64,000 nucleotides of DNA from assembly GCA_041690295.1 (NCBI GenBank), contig JAWLHR010000007.1, forward strand, positions 60,019-124,018, in the 5' to 3' direction. Position numbers and translations under genes: made by a program. Each line of letters begins with the position of its first letter. The stretch's first letter is position 1. Below the pieces are notes generated by a model. That model saw nothing but the letters and a program-made list of their open reading frames with translations, was not told the origin of the DNA and did no database searches. Below, one piece after another: positions 29,094 to 40,216 of this stretch. This stretch comes from Bdellovibrionales bacterium (GTDB taxonomy: Bacteria > Bdellovibrionota > Bdellovibrionia > Bdellovibrionales > UBA1609).

Positions 29094-29107
29094 ACCTCCA
29101 GACGTTC

Positions 29108-29566
29108 ATGAAACTCTACGAAATCATGACCACCAAAGTCGTTACGATTGAATCCAGTGAACCGGCGGAAGAAGCCTGGGCGCGAATGCGGGAGCATCGC
29201 ATTCGTCATTTGGTTGTCACGGAAAACGGGCGCTTAGTGGGCATGGTTTCCGATCGTGACCTCGGCGGTAAGAACGGCAAAGATGTGCGCCGCAACCGGA
29301 GCGTGGGAGACCTGATGATCTCCAACGTGGTGACGGCGGATCCCGAGATGACCTTACGTGAAGCCGTGAATTTGATGAGAGGAAGTTTGATCGGCAGTTT
29401 GCCGGTCGAAGACGACGGGAAAATCGTCGGCATTGTCACCGCCACGGATGTGTTGAACGAACTCGGACGCGGTGTGACTCGACAACTTCTCCGCACACAA
29501 CGGCACACGTTGCGTGCGCCGCCGAGCGACAGACGAGCTCAACCGCGGGGTCGTCTCCGCGGTTAG
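29108..29566 (+). CDS. CBS-pair domain protein
   Basis: Two CBS repeats: IRHLVV..GRLVGMVSDRD and IGSLPV..GKIVGIVTATD. Confidence 0.92.
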   Translation: MKLYEIMTTKVVTIESSEPAEEAWARMREHRIRHLVVTENGRLVGMVSDRDLGGKNGKDVRRNRSVGDLMISNVVTADPEMTLREAVNLMRGSLIGSLPVEDDGKIVGIVTATDVLNELGRGVTRQLLRTQRHTLRAPPSDRRAQPRGRLRG

Positions 29567-29585
29567 CCGGGGAAAATTGCCACCA

Positions 29586-30158
29586 TCAGCCTTTCTGCCA
29601 TTGGACATCGTCCAGGCCGGCCGCATGGTTCAGTTTTCGGGCGAGCACAAAGAACCAGTCACTCAGTCGGTTCAGAAACACGATCGCATCGTCATAATTG
29701 GTCTGACTTTCCAGTCCCGCCAGTTTCACCGCTTCTCGTTCGGCCCGACGGCAAATCGTGCGCGCCAAATGGGAGAACGAGGCCGCCACCGTGCCGCCCG
29801 GTAAGATGAAATTTCTCAGTTGCGGGAGTTCCTGATCCCACTGGTCCATGTCTTTTTCCAGTTCTTGGACAAGACTGTGATCGGGCCGTGGCAATTGGGC
29901 CAAAAGATTTGAATCTTCACAAGCCAACCGGCTTCCCAGATTGAAAAGATTATTTTGGATCCGGGTCAGGCGCTCCGCGATTCGAACTTGGAGTTCCGGC
30001 GCCGAGTCGGTCCTCAAATACGCCGCGAGAACCCCGATGGCGCTGTTCAATTCGTCGACCGTTCCGTAAACGTCCAAGCGGGGATGACTTTTCGCGATCC
30101 GTTTCCCGCCCACGAGCGACGTCTGACCTTTATCGCCCGCTTTGGTGTAAATTTTCAT
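29586..30158 (-). CDS. PduO-type ATP:cob(I)alamin adenosyltransferase
   Basis: MKIYTKAGDKGQT, YGTVDELNS, FILPGG, ARTICRRAER, LNRLSD. Confidence 0.93.
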   Translation of the reverse strand: MKIYTKAGDKGQTSLVGGKRIAKSHPRLDVYGTVDELNSAIGVLAAYLRTDSAPELQVRIAERLTRIQNNLFNLGSRLACEDSNLLAQLPRPDHSLVQELEKDMDQWDQELPQLRNFILPGGTVAASFSHLARTICRRAEREAVKLAGLESQTNYDDAIVFLNRLSDWFFVLARKLNHAAGLDDVQWQKG

Positions 30159-30255
30159 TCGCACTTCCTCCCGTGTGAATCCATCATGACGCGCACACAC
30201 GCCTTGTCATTCCCGCTAGGATATCTCATGATAGTCGCCTGCAGGAATCATAATA

Positions 30256-31059
30256 ATGAAGGCCTTTTTTATCACGATTCCCCATTCTGGGGAGCAGGTG
30301 CCTCCGGAAACGCCCTGGCTGCGTGAATTGCCGGAAACGGTGTTGATGTGTGATGTGGACCGGTTTGTCGACCGTCTTTACCGACCCGTCATACAAAAGC
30401 TGAACCTTCCCCATGTCGTGACCGAATGGCATCGCTACGTGGTGGACCTGAACCGTTGGGTGGATGACGTGGACGCCTCTTCGGTTCAAGGACATCCCAA
30501 CCCGCCGGGAAAATTCTGGAATGGACTTCATTGGATTCGAACCACGCGCGGTCAAGTTCTCATGCCTGAGCCGATGCCTGAAGCATTGCATAAGCAATTG
30601 GTGCAAAAGTACTTTCAACCATTTCATGAAAAAGTGCGGTCCATTTACGCGGATTTTCACGCCCGAGGCGCGAAGGAAGTTTTTCATTTGGATGCCCATT
30701 CGATGCCATCAGTGGGTACGCCTTCCCATCGCGACCCCGGAGAGGTGCGTGCCGACATCGTGATTTCGGATTGCGAAGGCAAAAGCTGTTCGGCCGACTA
30801 TAAAGATTTGGTGATTCGCGCGTATCAGTGCGCGGGCTTCAGAGTGGCTTACAACTGGCCCTATGTGGGCGGTCGGGTGACGCAAACCTACGGCCAACCG
30901 AAAGATGGCCATCATGCCATTCAAGTGGAAATCAGCCGGCGTTTGTACATGGATGAAGAGACCAAGCAGTGGTTGCCGGAAAAGGCCGAAGCCCTGTCAG
31001 CGCAACTGACTCAAGCCGTGGAGCATATTTTCAACCATCTGCCGGAATCGGCCGCATGA
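30256..31059 (+). CDS. N-formylglutamate amidohydrolase family protein
   Basis: IPHSG, DVD..VD, RYVVDLNR, YFQPFH, LDAHSM, N.PY.GG, HAIQVEISRRLY. Confidence 0.9.
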   Translation: MKAFFITIPHSGEQVPPETPWLRELPETVLMCDVDRFVDRLYRPVIQKLNLPHVVTEWHRYVVDLNRWVDDVDASSVQGHPNPPGKFWNGLHWIRTTRGQVLMPEPMPEALHKQLVQKYFQPFHEKVRSIYADFHARGAKEVFHLDAHSMPSVGTPSHRDPGEVRADIVISDCEGKSCSADYKDLVIRAYQCAGFRVAYNWPYVGGRVTQTYGQPKDGHHAIQVEISRRLYMDEETKQWLPEKAEALSAQLTQAVEHIFNHLPESAA

Positions 31060-32447
31060 CCAAGTGGACTGATCGCCTTCTCAAATTTCTCGCCTCATTA
31101 AAGCTAGCGGTCTTTGTTTTAATCAGTTTAGCCGTGATCTCCGCGGTCGGGACCGTGGTGGAGGCGCGCTACAATGACGCTTTTGTGGCGCAAAAGCTCG
31201 TCTATCACTCCGGTTACATGTACTTCATCATGGGCTTGCTTTGTATCAATCTGATCGCGGTCATGGTGGACCGGTGGCCGTGGCGACAGCGACACACGGG
31301 GTTTGTCTTGGCTCACGTGGGGATCGTGATCTTGCTCATCGGATCTTGGGTGACCCAACGCTACGGCATCGACGGGTCAATGGCCTTTCAGATCGGCGAG
31401 AGTGTTCGACACGTGACGGTTCCCGAGCGGGATTTAACCGTGATCGCCTCTTTGGATGGTTCCACCTTCAATACCATTTTCGAGTCCGAAACGGATTTCC
31501 TGCGTGATCCGCCCGATGCGAAAAATCCTTTCATCGTGCAACTGGGCGCGGACCAGTTGAAGATCGTCGAATATCACCATTTCGCCTATCGAGAATCGCA
31601 AATTATCAAGAGCGCACTGGAGTCGGATGGGCCCGCGGTCCGATTCCAGTTGGCCAACCCCAATGTGAATCTCAGTGAATGGTTACGGCGTGATCTGACC
31701 AAAGCGGAATCCCAGGTGGATTTGGGGCCGGCGCGCATCGTGCTCGCGCGCCAGATGCCGTCGCCGACAGGCCGGAACGAAATCTTTCTGGTGGTGCCGG
31801 ATAAATCGCGCAAATTGCGTTACGCGATCTACAATAAAGACAAAACCTTGCGCGCCAAGGGTGAGCTCAAGGAAAGCGACACCATTGAAACCGGTTGGAT
31901 GGGGTTGAAGTTCCGCATCTTACGATTTTTACCCAACGCCCGCGAGGAAGTCCGGTTCATTCCCGCGCCTCGTTCCACTCCCGCCACCACGTCGGCGTTT
32001 CGCTTTGAGTTCAGAGGCAAAGAGTATTGGCTGGGGCTGAATTCGGTCACACGGCTTTATCTCGAAGACCGGGTTTATTTCATCAGCTATGGCAATCGCC
32101 GGTTGGAACTGAGTTTTCCGTTAACACTTAAACAGTTTCGAGTCGGGACCTATCAGGGGACGGCGCGCGCGGCCAGCTATGAAAGTGAAGTGGAAGTTCC
32201 CGGTCGCGGTCAGGTCCTGATTTCCATGAATGAACCTTTGAAACACGAGGGTTTCACTTTTTATCAAAGCTCGTTTGAGCGGAACGAGAAAGGTGAGCCG
32301 GTGATCTCCATTTTGTCGGTGAACCATGATCCGGGCCGCGGATTGAAATACCTCGGTTCGTTCATGATCGTCCTTGGGTCCATTATCTTGTTTTATTTCC
32401 GGGGAACCACAATCTTCGGCATCCGCGTGAGGGGTGTAAAAAAATGA
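31056..32447 (+). CDS. Cytochrome c biogenesis protein ResB/CcsB (System II)
   Basis: ASLKLAV..GT, conserved TM His (LAHVG), ISMNEPL..GFTFYQSSF, SVNHDPG followed by a TM. Confidence 0.85.
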   Translation: MTKWTDRLLKFLASLKLAVFVLISLAVISAVGTVVEARYNDAFVAQKLVYHSGYMYFIMGLLCINLIAVMVDRWPWRQRHTGFVLAHVGIVILLIGSWVTQRYGIDGSMAFQIGESVRHVTVPERDLTVIASLDGSTFNTIFESETDFLRDPPDAKNPFIVQLGADQLKIVEYHHFAYRESQIIKSALESDGPAVRFQLANPNVNLSEWLRRDLTKAESQVDLGPARIVLARQMPSPTGRNEIFLVVPDKSRKLRYAIYNKDKTLRAKGELKESDTIETGWMGLKFRILRFLPNAREEVRFIPAPRSTPATTSAFRFEFRGKEYWLGLNSVTRLYLEDRVYFISYGNRRLELSFPLTLKQFRVGTYQGTARAASYESEVEVPGRGQVLISMNEPLKHEGFTFYQSSFERNEKGEPVISILSVNHDPGRGLKYLGSFMIVLGSIILFYFRGTTIFGIRVRGVKK

Positions 32448-34084
32448 ATCTTCGTCGCTTCGCTTTGGTTTTGCTGTTTTTCCCGATCTTTTCCTGGGCG
32501 ATGAGCTTAAGCCAAGCCCTGGATGAAATCCCCATCCAAAACGCCGGGCGGATCAAACCCTTCTCCACCTTCGCGCAGGAATCCCTTCAACTGATTTATG
32601 GAAAAAGCAAATATAACGGAAAGGACGCCACCGAAATCGTTTTCACCTGGATCTTGATTCCGGATCAATGGATGAACACGCCGATCATTGAACTCCGTCA
32701 CGCCGGGCTTAAGGAAGCGCTGAAGATCGAAATGCCGGCCTCCGAGCGCCACATCACGGCGCAGGCTTTGTTCGCCAATGAGCGCGTGCCATTGATTCTT
32801 CAGGAATTGAATACATTGCGTGGGCGCCAGGAAAAGCTGAATCCTTACTATCAGGCGGTCCAACGGTTGGAGAGTCAGCTGGGGCTTTTTCAGGCGATTC
32901 GTAGCGGGGAGGCGATCCGCTTGGTGCCGGATCCGGAAAGCGACACTTGGAAATCCGTGCCTGAACTGGAAGGTGAAATGCGTGAGGCCTTCACGGCCGT
33001 GGCCAGAGGTTTCGTGGACTCGATCGTGAAGTCATCGGGCTCGAACAATCCGCAGGCGAGTCCGGAGTTGGAAACCGCGGTTAGGGAATTCATGGACAAA
33101 GCCAAAGCGCAAGCGCCCGAAAAGTACGCGGATATGGAGAAAATCTCGTTGGAGCACCATCTTAACCGCTTTCATCCTTTTATGTGGGCGTGGATCGCCT
33201 ATTTGGCGGGACTGATTGTGTTGGTTGCCAATCAAATGTCGGCTCAAACATGGTCACGTTTCACGGCCTTCGCCTTTCTTTATCTGGGGTTCGCGCTCCA
33301 TCTTTATGGAATGCTTATTCGTTCCTACATCGCCGGCCGCCCGCCGGTGACCAATATGTATGAAACCGTGGTTTGGGTGCCATGGGCGAGCGTGCTCTTT
33401 GGTTTTATTTTGGAGCGCTTCAAAAAGGACAAGCTATTACTGATGGCCGCGTCGTCCGTGGCGGTCCTTTGCTTGATTCTGACCGATCTTGCGCCCACGG
33501 TTTTGGACAAGAGTATTCATCCGTTGGAGCCGGTTTTGCGTTCGAATTTCTGGCTCCTGACTCACGTATTGATAATCAATCTCGGCTACGCGGCCTTTTT
33601 CCTGGCCTTCGCCTTGGGCGACGTCCTTTTGTTTCTGTTCTTGAAAGATGAAAAGCGGTTCGCTCAAACCATCCAAACGGGAGCCCACTCTATATATAGG
33701 TCATTGCAAATTGGCGTGGTGCTTTTGGCGGCCGGAACCATTTTAGGTGGTGTTTGGGCGGATTATTCCTGGGGTCGGTTTTGGGGTTGGGACCCTAAAG
33801 AAACCTGGGCGTTGATTTCTTTGCTGGGATATTTGGCACTTCTCCATGGTCGCCTTGTCGGATGGGTGAAAAATTTCGAATTGGCCGCGGGTGCGGTCGT
33901 CACTTTTTCTCTGATTATCATGGCTTGGTACGGAGTGAATTTCGTCTTGGGCGCGGGCTTGCACTCGTACGGATTCGGCGCCGGTGGCGTGGAGTATGTT
34001 TCCGGTTTCGTCGTCGTTCACATCTTGTATGTGGCCTATGTATCAACAGTGCGTTATCAGCGATTGAAAAACCAAACAAGATAA
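32444..34084 (+). CDS. ccsA: Cytochrome c biogenesis protein CcsA/ResC with an N-terminal periplasmic domain
   Basis: WWD domain WADYSWGRFWGWDPKETW, P..NMYE, LRSNFWLLTHV, GLHSY. Confidence 0.92.
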   Translation: MNLRRFALVLLFFPIFSWAMSLSQALDEIPIQNAGRIKPFSTFAQESLQLIYGKSKYNGKDATEIVFTWILIPDQWMNTPIIELRHAGLKEALKIEMPASERHITAQALFANERVPLILQELNTLRGRQEKLNPYYQAVQRLESQLGLFQAIRSGEAIRLVPDPESDTWKSVPELEGEMREAFTAVARGFVDSIVKSSGSNNPQASPELETAVREFMDKAKAQAPEKYADMEKISLEHHLNRFHPFMWAWIAYLAGLIVLVANQMSAQTWSRFTAFAFLYLGFALHLYGMLIRSYIAGRPPVTNMYETVVWVPWASVLFGFILERFKKDKLLLMAASSVAVLCLILTDLAPTVLDKSIHPLEPVLRSNFWLLTHVLIINLGYAAFFLAFALGDVLLFLFLKDEKRFAQTIQTGAHSIYRSLQIGVVLLAAGTILGGVWADYSWGRFWGWDPKETWALISLLGYLALLHGRLVGWVKNFELAAGAVVTFSLIIMAWYGVNFVLGAGLHSYGFGAGGVEYVSGFVVVHILYVAYVSTVRYQRLKNQTR

Positions 34085-34159
34085 TGACATCAGTATGTTG
34101 GTTGGTTATCTCTACGTAACAACTAACTGAGAAAATCCATCAGTGAACAAGGTCTGACT

Positions 34160-34699
34160 ATGACTAAAAAGTTCGTCGGTGCTCTCGTCGTCTTTTCAAT
34201 TTTAGGTGGCCTGAGCGCGCTAGTTTATGCTCTCTCCAATAACAAAGTGGTGATCGGTTACAATCAGGGATACGAACCTGATCAACCCATTCCATTCTCC
34301 CACAAGCTTCATGCGGGTCAGTATAAAATCGATTGCAAATACTGCCACACCGGTACGGAAACTTCGAAACACGCCTCGGTTCCCAGCTTGAATGTTTGTA
34401 TGAATTGTCATGGACCGGGATTGGTTCAAAAAGAAAGCGATTGGATCAACGCCATTCGTGAGGCCTACAATTCCGGTAAATCCGTGGCCTGGCAAAAGGT
34501 GCATTTGTTGCCTGACTTTGTCCGCTTTCACCATGGTCCGCACATCAAAGCCGGCAAAGATTGTACGGAATGTCACGGAAACGTGGCCGAGATGGAAAAA
34601 ATCAAACAGGTTTCATCCCTCTCGATGGGATGGTGTGTACAATGCCATCGCCAGCCCGAGAACAATGCTCCAACCAATTGCAGCACCTGCCACTATTAA
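34160..34699 (+). CDS. actA: Alternative complex III pentaheme cytochrome c subunit
   Basis: TM, PDQPIPFSHKLH, five CxxCH motifs (CKYCH, CMNCH, CTECH, CVQCH, CSTCH). Confidence 0.9.
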   Translation: MTKKFVGALVVFSILGGLSALVYALSNNKVVIGYNQGYEPDQPIPFSHKLHAGQYKIDCKYCHTGTETSKHASVPSLNVCMNCHGPGLVQKESDWINAIREAYNSGKSVAWQKVHLLPDFVRFHHGPHIKAGKDCTECHGNVAEMEKIKQVSSLSMGWCVQCHRQPENNAPTNCSTCHY

Positions 34700-34711
34700 A
34701 AGAGGCTCAGT

Positions 34712-37700
34712 ATGGAAACCCAAAATCACGGTGTGACGAACAAATACTGGATGAGTCTGGAACAATGGCGAAACGATCCCGAATTCGCCAGATTGGTCGA
34801 AAACGAATTCCGCTCTTCGCCGTTGCAATCGGAAGACGGGAAAGATGGATGGGCCCGTCGTGAGTTTTTAAAACTAATGGGCGCCTCCTTGGCGTTGACA
34901 ACCTTTGGCTGTGTGCGCCGCCCGGCTCAGAAAATCATTCCTTACGCCAAGAAACCGGTGGAAGTGACCCACGGAATTCCCAACTTTTATGCCTCCGCGT
35001 ACAGCGAAGGATATGAATCCATTGGGATTCTGGTCACCACACGGGATGGCCGTCCGATCAAGATTGAAGGTAATCCTGATCACCCGGGCAATCAGGGGGG
35101 CACATCAGCGCGCGCGATCGCGCATATTTTGAAACTTTACGATCCTGACCGGTTCACGAACGCCAAACGCAATTTGCAAAACGCCACGCGCACCAATCGC
35201 GAAACCGTGAACGTGAGTTGGGAGAATGTTGATAAAGCCGTTGTGGAACAGCTGAAAAAAGGCAAGGTGGCCATGTTGATGGGCACCCAGATTTCGCCGT
35301 CCACTCAGGCCCTGATCGAAGATTTCGCCGGCGCCACCAATGCCACTCTTTATAATTACGACGATCTCTCTCACAGCTCGTTTTTGGAAGCGCAGAAAGT
35401 ATGTTACGGTCAAAAAGCGCTGCCCCGGTATCGGATCGACCGGGCCAAATACATCGTCGCCATTAACAATGATTTCCTCGGCACTTGGTTGACGCCGACC
35501 CACTTCAATCGCCAGTTCGCCGAAGGACGGCGTGCGATGCCTGAAATGAACAAGCTCGTGGTCTTCGAATCGCTGATGAGCTTGACCGGCACCAATGCCG
35601 ATCGACGCTTCCGCATTCGCCCGTCACAATCTTTGGATGTGGTGATGGCGCTCTTGCACGAGATCATCGTGGTTAAGAAGGTTTCCCGCTACGCTTCGGA
35701 CGGGGCTGTTTTACGAATGCTCTCGGCGTTCGCCCGTAACGGCGGCGATCTGGGCGTGGATGTCACCGGCGTCGCCGATGAATTGATCAAGAATCGCGGC
35801 CAGTCTCTGGTGCTCGCGGGTGGTCTGCCCGCGGAGACGGAAAATGCGATGTCGCTTTATATCGCGACGAATTTCCTCAACGCGGTTCTAGATAACGAAG
35901 GTAAGACCGTTGAACCCGCGGCGGTGGAAGCTTGGGGCACGCAGCGTGGAATCAGTGAGCTCGTGACCGCTTTGAAAAACAAAGAGATCAAAACTCTGAT
36001 CATTCATGGCTGTAACCCGCTCTATTCCCTGCCGCGATCGGCGGGACTTGAAGAGAATCTAAAAGATGTCGAGATGATCATCTATACGGGTGATCGTAAT
36101 GATGAGACCGGCCGCCTTTGCGACTATATCGCGTGCGATCACCATCCGCTTGAAAACTGGGGCGACTCGCGATCGCTTGACGGCGTGGTGAGTGTGCAGC
36201 AGCCGACCATCGAACCTTTGCACAACACACGGGCGATGCAGGATTCGCTGCTCAGTTGGATGAAGGGATTGGGCAAAGGTTCAGCCCGGGCTCGCGGTTC
36301 CGAGACCTGGTACGATTACCTGCGCTCCAACTGGAGCGACAATCTGGCCCGCAATACCGGCGGAAAATCTTTTGATGATTACTGGGTGAATCTGCTTCAG
36401 GTCGGCGTTCGCGAAACGCCGGAGCGCTCGGGCGGTGGACGGGGGTTTGTAACCTCGGCGCTGGCTCGCGTGAAACCCAGCCAGGCGCAAAGTGGGTTTG
36501 AACTGGTGCTTTACGAAACCGTCGGTCTCGGTGACGGATCGCTGGCGAACGTGCCCTGGCTTCAGGAGTTCCCCGACCCCGTGACCAAGATTGTTTGGGA
36601 CAATTACGCTTGTTTCTCCTTAAGGGACGCCAAGCAGTTCAAGATTCGTGAAGGTCAGAATGTCACTTTGATGGTCGGAGATCATACGGTGACCGTTCCG
36701 GCTCATATTCAGCCGGGTCAGGCCGATGGCGTGATCGGGCTTGCGGTCGGATACGGTCGTAAGGGCGCCGGCAAGGTGGCGGAAGGTGTGGGTGTTAACG
36801 CTTACGGCTTGGCCGCGTGGAAAGATTCCCGTCTGATCAGCTCAGGTTTGGAGACGAAGCTGACTGTGGAAAAAACCTTTGTCGAATTGGCTTGCACGCA
36901 AGGCCATCACACGATGGAAGGCCGGCAAATCGTGATCGAAGAAACACTGGCCGATCACATCAAAAAACCGGGCGGTGCCATTCATCACCATCCGGATCTC
37001 ACGATGTGGAAGGAAATCGAGTACAAAGGCAACAAATGGGGAATGGTTGTCGATCTTAATTCCTGCACGGGTTGCGGCGCCTGCGTGATCGCTTGCCAAA
37101 GTGAAAACAATATTCCGGTGGTGGGCAAAAAATATGTGCTTCGCGGACGCGAAATGCACTGGTTGCGCATTGACCGGTACTACACGGGCACGCCGGAAGA
37201 TCCGGATACGGTCCATCAGCCGGTGCCGTGCATGCATTGTGATAATGCTCCCTGCGAAACCGTTTGCCCGGTGATCGCCACCGTTCATAGCGACGAAGGC
37301 ACCAACGACATGATTTACAATCGTTGCGTTGGAACCCGGTATTGTTCGAACAACTGTCCTTATAAAGTGCGGCGTTTCAATTGGTTTGACTACACCGAGA
37401 TCCAGAAGCCGCGGCACTTGGCGCTGAACCCGGATGTGACCGTTCGCCATCGGGGGGTCATGGAAAAATGCACGTTTTGCATTCACCGGATCCGCTTCCA
37501 TAAGACACAGGCGAAATTGGAAGATCGCGAGCTTCGCGCGGATGAATTCACCACCGCTTGTGCTCAGGCCTGTCCGTCGAAGGCCATCATTTTCGGCGAT
37601 TTGAACAACAGTGAAAGCAAGGTGAGCGGTGAGTTCAAGAAGCCGCACGCCTACGCATTGCTTGGTGAGTTGAACACCAAACCGGCGGTTCACTATCAGG

Positions 37701-37768
37701 TTAAAGTGCGCAACACCGAAGAGCTGAAGGGCGAGTCAAAACATCATGAAAAAGGACATCACTCATGA
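34712..37768 (+). CDS. actB: Alternative complex III molybdopterin-oxidoreductase-like/Fe-S subunit
   Basis: YWMSL, Tat motif [26 protein letters not shown], Fe-S motifs [38 protein letters not shown]. Confidence 0.93.
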   Translation: METQNHGVTNKYWMSLEQWRNDPEFARLVENEFRSSPLQSEDGKDGWARREFLKLMGASLALTTFGCVRRPAQKIIPYAKKPVEVTHGIPNFYASAYSEGYESIGILVTTRDGRPIKIEGNPDHPGNQGGTSARAIAHILKLYDPDRFTNAKRNLQNATRTNRETVNVSWENVDKAVVEQLKKGKVAMLMGTQISPSTQALIEDFAGATNATLYNYDDLSHSSFLEAQKVCYGQKALPRYRIDRAKYIVAINNDFLGTWLTPTHFNRQFAEGRRAMPEMNKLVVFESLMSLTGTNADRRFRIRPSQSLDVVMALLHEIIVVKKVSRYASDGAVLRMLSAFARNGGDLGVDVTGVADELIKNRGQSLVLAGGLPAETENAMSLYIATNFLNAVLDNEGKTVEPAAVEAWGTQRGISELVTALKNKEIKTLIIHGCNPLYSLPRSAGLEENLKDVEMIIYTGDRNDETGRLCDYIACDHHPLENWGDSRSLDGVVSVQQPTIEPLHNTRAMQDSLLSWMKGLGKGSARARGSETWYDYLRSNWSDNLARNTGGKSFDDYWVNLLQVGVRETPERSGGGRGFVTSALARVKPSQAQSGFELVLYETVGLGDGSLANVPWLQEFPDPVTKIVWDNYACFSLRDAKQFKIREGQNVTLMVGDHTVTVPAHIQPGQADGVIGLAVGYGRKGAGKVAEGVGVNAYGLAAWKDSRLISSGLETKLTVEKTFVELACTQGHHTMEGRQIVIEETLADHIKKPGGAIHHHPDLTMWKEIEYKGNKWGMVVDLNSCTGCGACVIACQSENNIPVVGKKYVLRGREMHWLRIDRYYTGTPEDPDTVHQPVPCMHCDNAPCETVCPVIATVHSDEGTNDMIYNRCVGTRYCSNNCPYKVRRFNWFDYTEIQKPRHLALNPDVTVRHRGVMEKCTFCIHRIRFHKTQAKLEDRELRADEFTTACAQACPSKAIIFGDLNNSESKVSGEFKKPHAYALLGELNTKPAVHYQVKVRNTEELKGESKHHEKGHHS

Positions 37769-39129
37769 TCAGGCGCAATCCTCTTATCCTCGGCAACAAG
37801 ACATATGAGACGATCACCAACGACATCGCCTCGGTGGTTGAGCGGTTTCCAAAGCCGGCGTTCTTCGTAGGACTGTCCGCGACACTTTTCCTACTCTTCA
37901 TCTTCATTTTCGCGAAGGGCATGATCGTGACCTACGGTATGGGGATGATGGGAACCAGTCACCCGGTGAACTGGGGAACGGACATCATCACCTTCGTGTT
38001 CTGGATCGGTATCGGTCACGCGGGAACCTTGATTTCAGCGATTCTTTTCCTCTTCCGGCAAAAGTGGCGGACCAGTATCGCGCGAAGCGCCGAGGCCATG
38101 ACCGTGTTCGCGGTGATGACGGCGGGCTTGTTCCCGATCCTTCACACCGGTCGTCCCTGGTTGGCGTATTGGTTGCTCCCATATCCCAACCAGCGCGGCC
38201 CGCTGTGGGTGAACTTCCGCTCGCCGCTGATTTGGGACGTGTTCGCGGTTTCAACTTACGCCACCGTTTCGATCGTGTTCTGGTACATCGGTATGGTTCC
38301 GGATTTGGCGACCATCCGTGACCGTGCGAAGAGCCCGTGGCGCAAGCGCATTTACGGGGCGCTTTCGCTCGGTTGGCGGGGCACCGCCCGCAACTGGAAC
38401 CATTACGAGATGGTTTACATGTTGCTCGCGGGTCTCTCGACGCCTCTGGTTCTCTCCGTGCACTCCATCGTGTCGTTCGACTTCGCGGTCGCCAGCCTGC
38501 CGGGATGGCACACCACGATTTTCCCGCCATACTTCGTCGCGGGCGCGATCTTCTCCGGTTTCGCGATGGTGGTCACTTTGATGACGATCTTCCGCGAGTT
38601 GGTGCCTGTCTTTAAAGACTACATCACCCTCGATCACATGGAGGCCATGAACAAGATCATCATGGCCACCGGTTTGATGGTTGGTTACGCCTACGGTTCG
38701 GAGTTTTTCATCGCCTGGTACTCGGGCGTGGAGTATGAGAAATACGTGTTCTTGAATCGGGCGTTCGGACCGTTCGCGTGGTCCTATTGGATCATGGTGA
38801 CCTGTAACGTGATCATTCCGCAGGTTTTCTGGTTCAAGGCCGCGCGCCGAAGCATTCCGATCATGTTCATCGTTTCCATTTTCGTGAATATCGGGATGTG
38901 GTTCGAGCGTTTCGTGATTGTGGTGACCTCGCTTCACCGCGACTTCTTGCCGTCCAACTGGGGCACATGGATTCCCACGGTTTGGGACTTCGGAGCCTTG
39001 TTCGGTAGTTTTGGTCTGTTCTTAACGCTGTTCCTGCTTTACTCACGGGTGCTTCCGGCCATTTCCATCGCCGAGGTGAAACCCGTGCTGAATGTGGGCC
39101 GCGAGGGAGATGGCAATGGACATCATTGA
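37765..39129 (+). CDS. actC: Alternative complex III NrfD-family quinol-binding subunit
   Basis: [47 protein letters not shown]. Confidence 0.93.
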   Translation: MIRRNPLILGNKTYETITNDIASVVERFPKPAFFVGLSATLFLLFIFIFAKGMIVTYGMGMMGTSHPVNWGTDIITFVFWIGIGHAGTLISAILFLFRQKWRTSIARSAEAMTVFAVMTAGLFPILHTGRPWLAYWLLPYPNQRGPLWVNFRSPLIWDVFAVSTYATVSIVFWYIGMVPDLATIRDRAKSPWRKRIYGALSLGWRGTARNWNHYEMVYMLLAGLSTPLVLSVHSIVSFDFAVASLPGWHTTIFPPYFVAGAIFSGFAMVVTLMTIFRELVPVFKDYITLDHMEAMNKIIMATGLMVGYAYGSEFFIAWYSGVEYEKYVFLNRAFGPFAWSYWIMVTCNVIIPQVFWFKAARRSIPIMFIVSIFVNIGMWFERFVIVVTSLHRDFLPSNWGTWIPTVWDFGALFGSFGLFLTLFLLYSRVLPAISIAEVKPVLNVGREGDGNGHH

Positions 39130-39670
39130 GAAAGGCATACAGTTACTGAGAAGCCGCGGACGTAAAGGCATCGCCGGCATTTGGCTGGATGAGCATAAGC
39201 TGGTCGAGGCCGCCCGCAAAACGCGTCAGGCCGGATACACTAAATTCGAAGCCATCTCGCCGTTTCCGCTCCACGGAATCGACGAGGCCATGGGAATTCC
39301 GTTCTCCTTCATTCCCTGGATCACCTTTATTTTCGGCTTGGCTGGGTTTTCCTTTGGCGTTTGGTTTACCTGGTGGACATCGGCGGTGGATTGGCCGGTG
39401 ATCATCGGCGGTAAACCGATGTGGTCCATTCCGGCGTTCGTGCCCGTGATGTTCGAGTTAACCATTTTGTTCGGTGCCTTGAGTTCAGTCGGGGCTTTGA
39501 TCTTCGTGTGCGGGCTTCCCAAAGTGGATCCGCCGGTGATTGATCCGGATTTGAGCAGCCATAAGTTCGCGCTCTTCGTGCCGGAAGATGACAAGGGATT
39601 CAATGCGGCGAATATCGAGCAGTTGTTCCGTGAAATGGGCGCCGTTGAAGTGAAACGGACGGAGTTTTAA
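39110..39670 (+). CDS. actD: Alternative complex III subunit D (DUF3341)
   Basis: [37 protein letters not shown]. Confidence 0.9.
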   Translation: MAMDIIEKGIQLLRSRGRKGIAGIWLDEHKLVEAARKTRQAGYTKFEAISPFPLHGIDEAMGIPFSFIPWITFIFGLAGFSFGVWFTWWTSAVDWPVIIGGKPMWSIPAFVPVMFELTILFGALSSVGALIFVCGLPKVDPPVIDPDLSSHKFALFVPEDDKGFNAANIEQLFREMGAVEVKRTEF

Positions 39671-40204
39671 ATGAAGACACTCGCGATTCTCTCCGCTCTC
39701 ATTTTTTTGGTGGGTTGCAACGCCAAGGGCAACAAAACCAATATTGAAATTATCAACAACATGATGGACCAGGTTTCGGTGAAATCTCAGGACTGGGTCC
39801 CCGAAGACGGTGATAAGCCGCAGATGAGAATGCCGCCGGCGGGTACGGTTCCCCGCGGATACACTCCTTATAAATATGCGGATGATTCCGTCGCGGCCGA
39901 GCGACAACCCAATCCTCTGGCAGGAGACAACTCCCCCGAAACATTAGAGTTGGGTCGCAAGAATTACGACATTTACTGTGCGGTTTGCCATGGCGCGAGC
40001 GGCGATGGATCGGGAACGGTGGCGGAACGATTCACCATTAAGCCCAGAAACCTGATCAACGCCGAAGCCAAGGCTTATTCCGACGGTCGCATTTACTATG
40101 CGATCACCGCCGGACGGGGCGTGATGGGGGCCTACGCCAGTCAGATCCCAAGTGAGAAAGCCCGTTGGGCGATTGTGAACTACGTGCGCACATTGCAAAG
40201 ATAA
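39671..40204 (+). CDS. actE: Alternative complex III monoheme cytochrome c lipoprotein
   Basis: Lipobox LVGC, PPAGTVPRG, CAVCH, axial Met (GVMG), RWAIV.YVR.LQ. Confidence 0.9.
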   Translation: MKTLAILSALIFLVGCNAKGNKTNIEIINNMMDQVSVKSQDWVPEDGDKPQMRMPPAGTVPRGYTPYKYADDSVAAERQPNPLAGDNSPETLELGRKNYDIYCAVCHGASGDGSGTVAERFTIKPRNLINAEAKAYSDGRIYYAITAGRGVMGAYASQIPSEKARWAIVNYVRTLQR

Positions 40205-40216
40205 AGGGACTAAAAT

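Noticed and set aside
36842..37693. 283-aa minus-strand ORF
   Set aside because: It is antisense to the actB Fe-S domain.
34712..37768. ActB as a true molybdoenzyme (nitrate, DMSO or polysulfide reductase)
   Set aside because: The actA/C/D/E/F context identifies alternative complex III, whose B subunit has no Mo cofactor.
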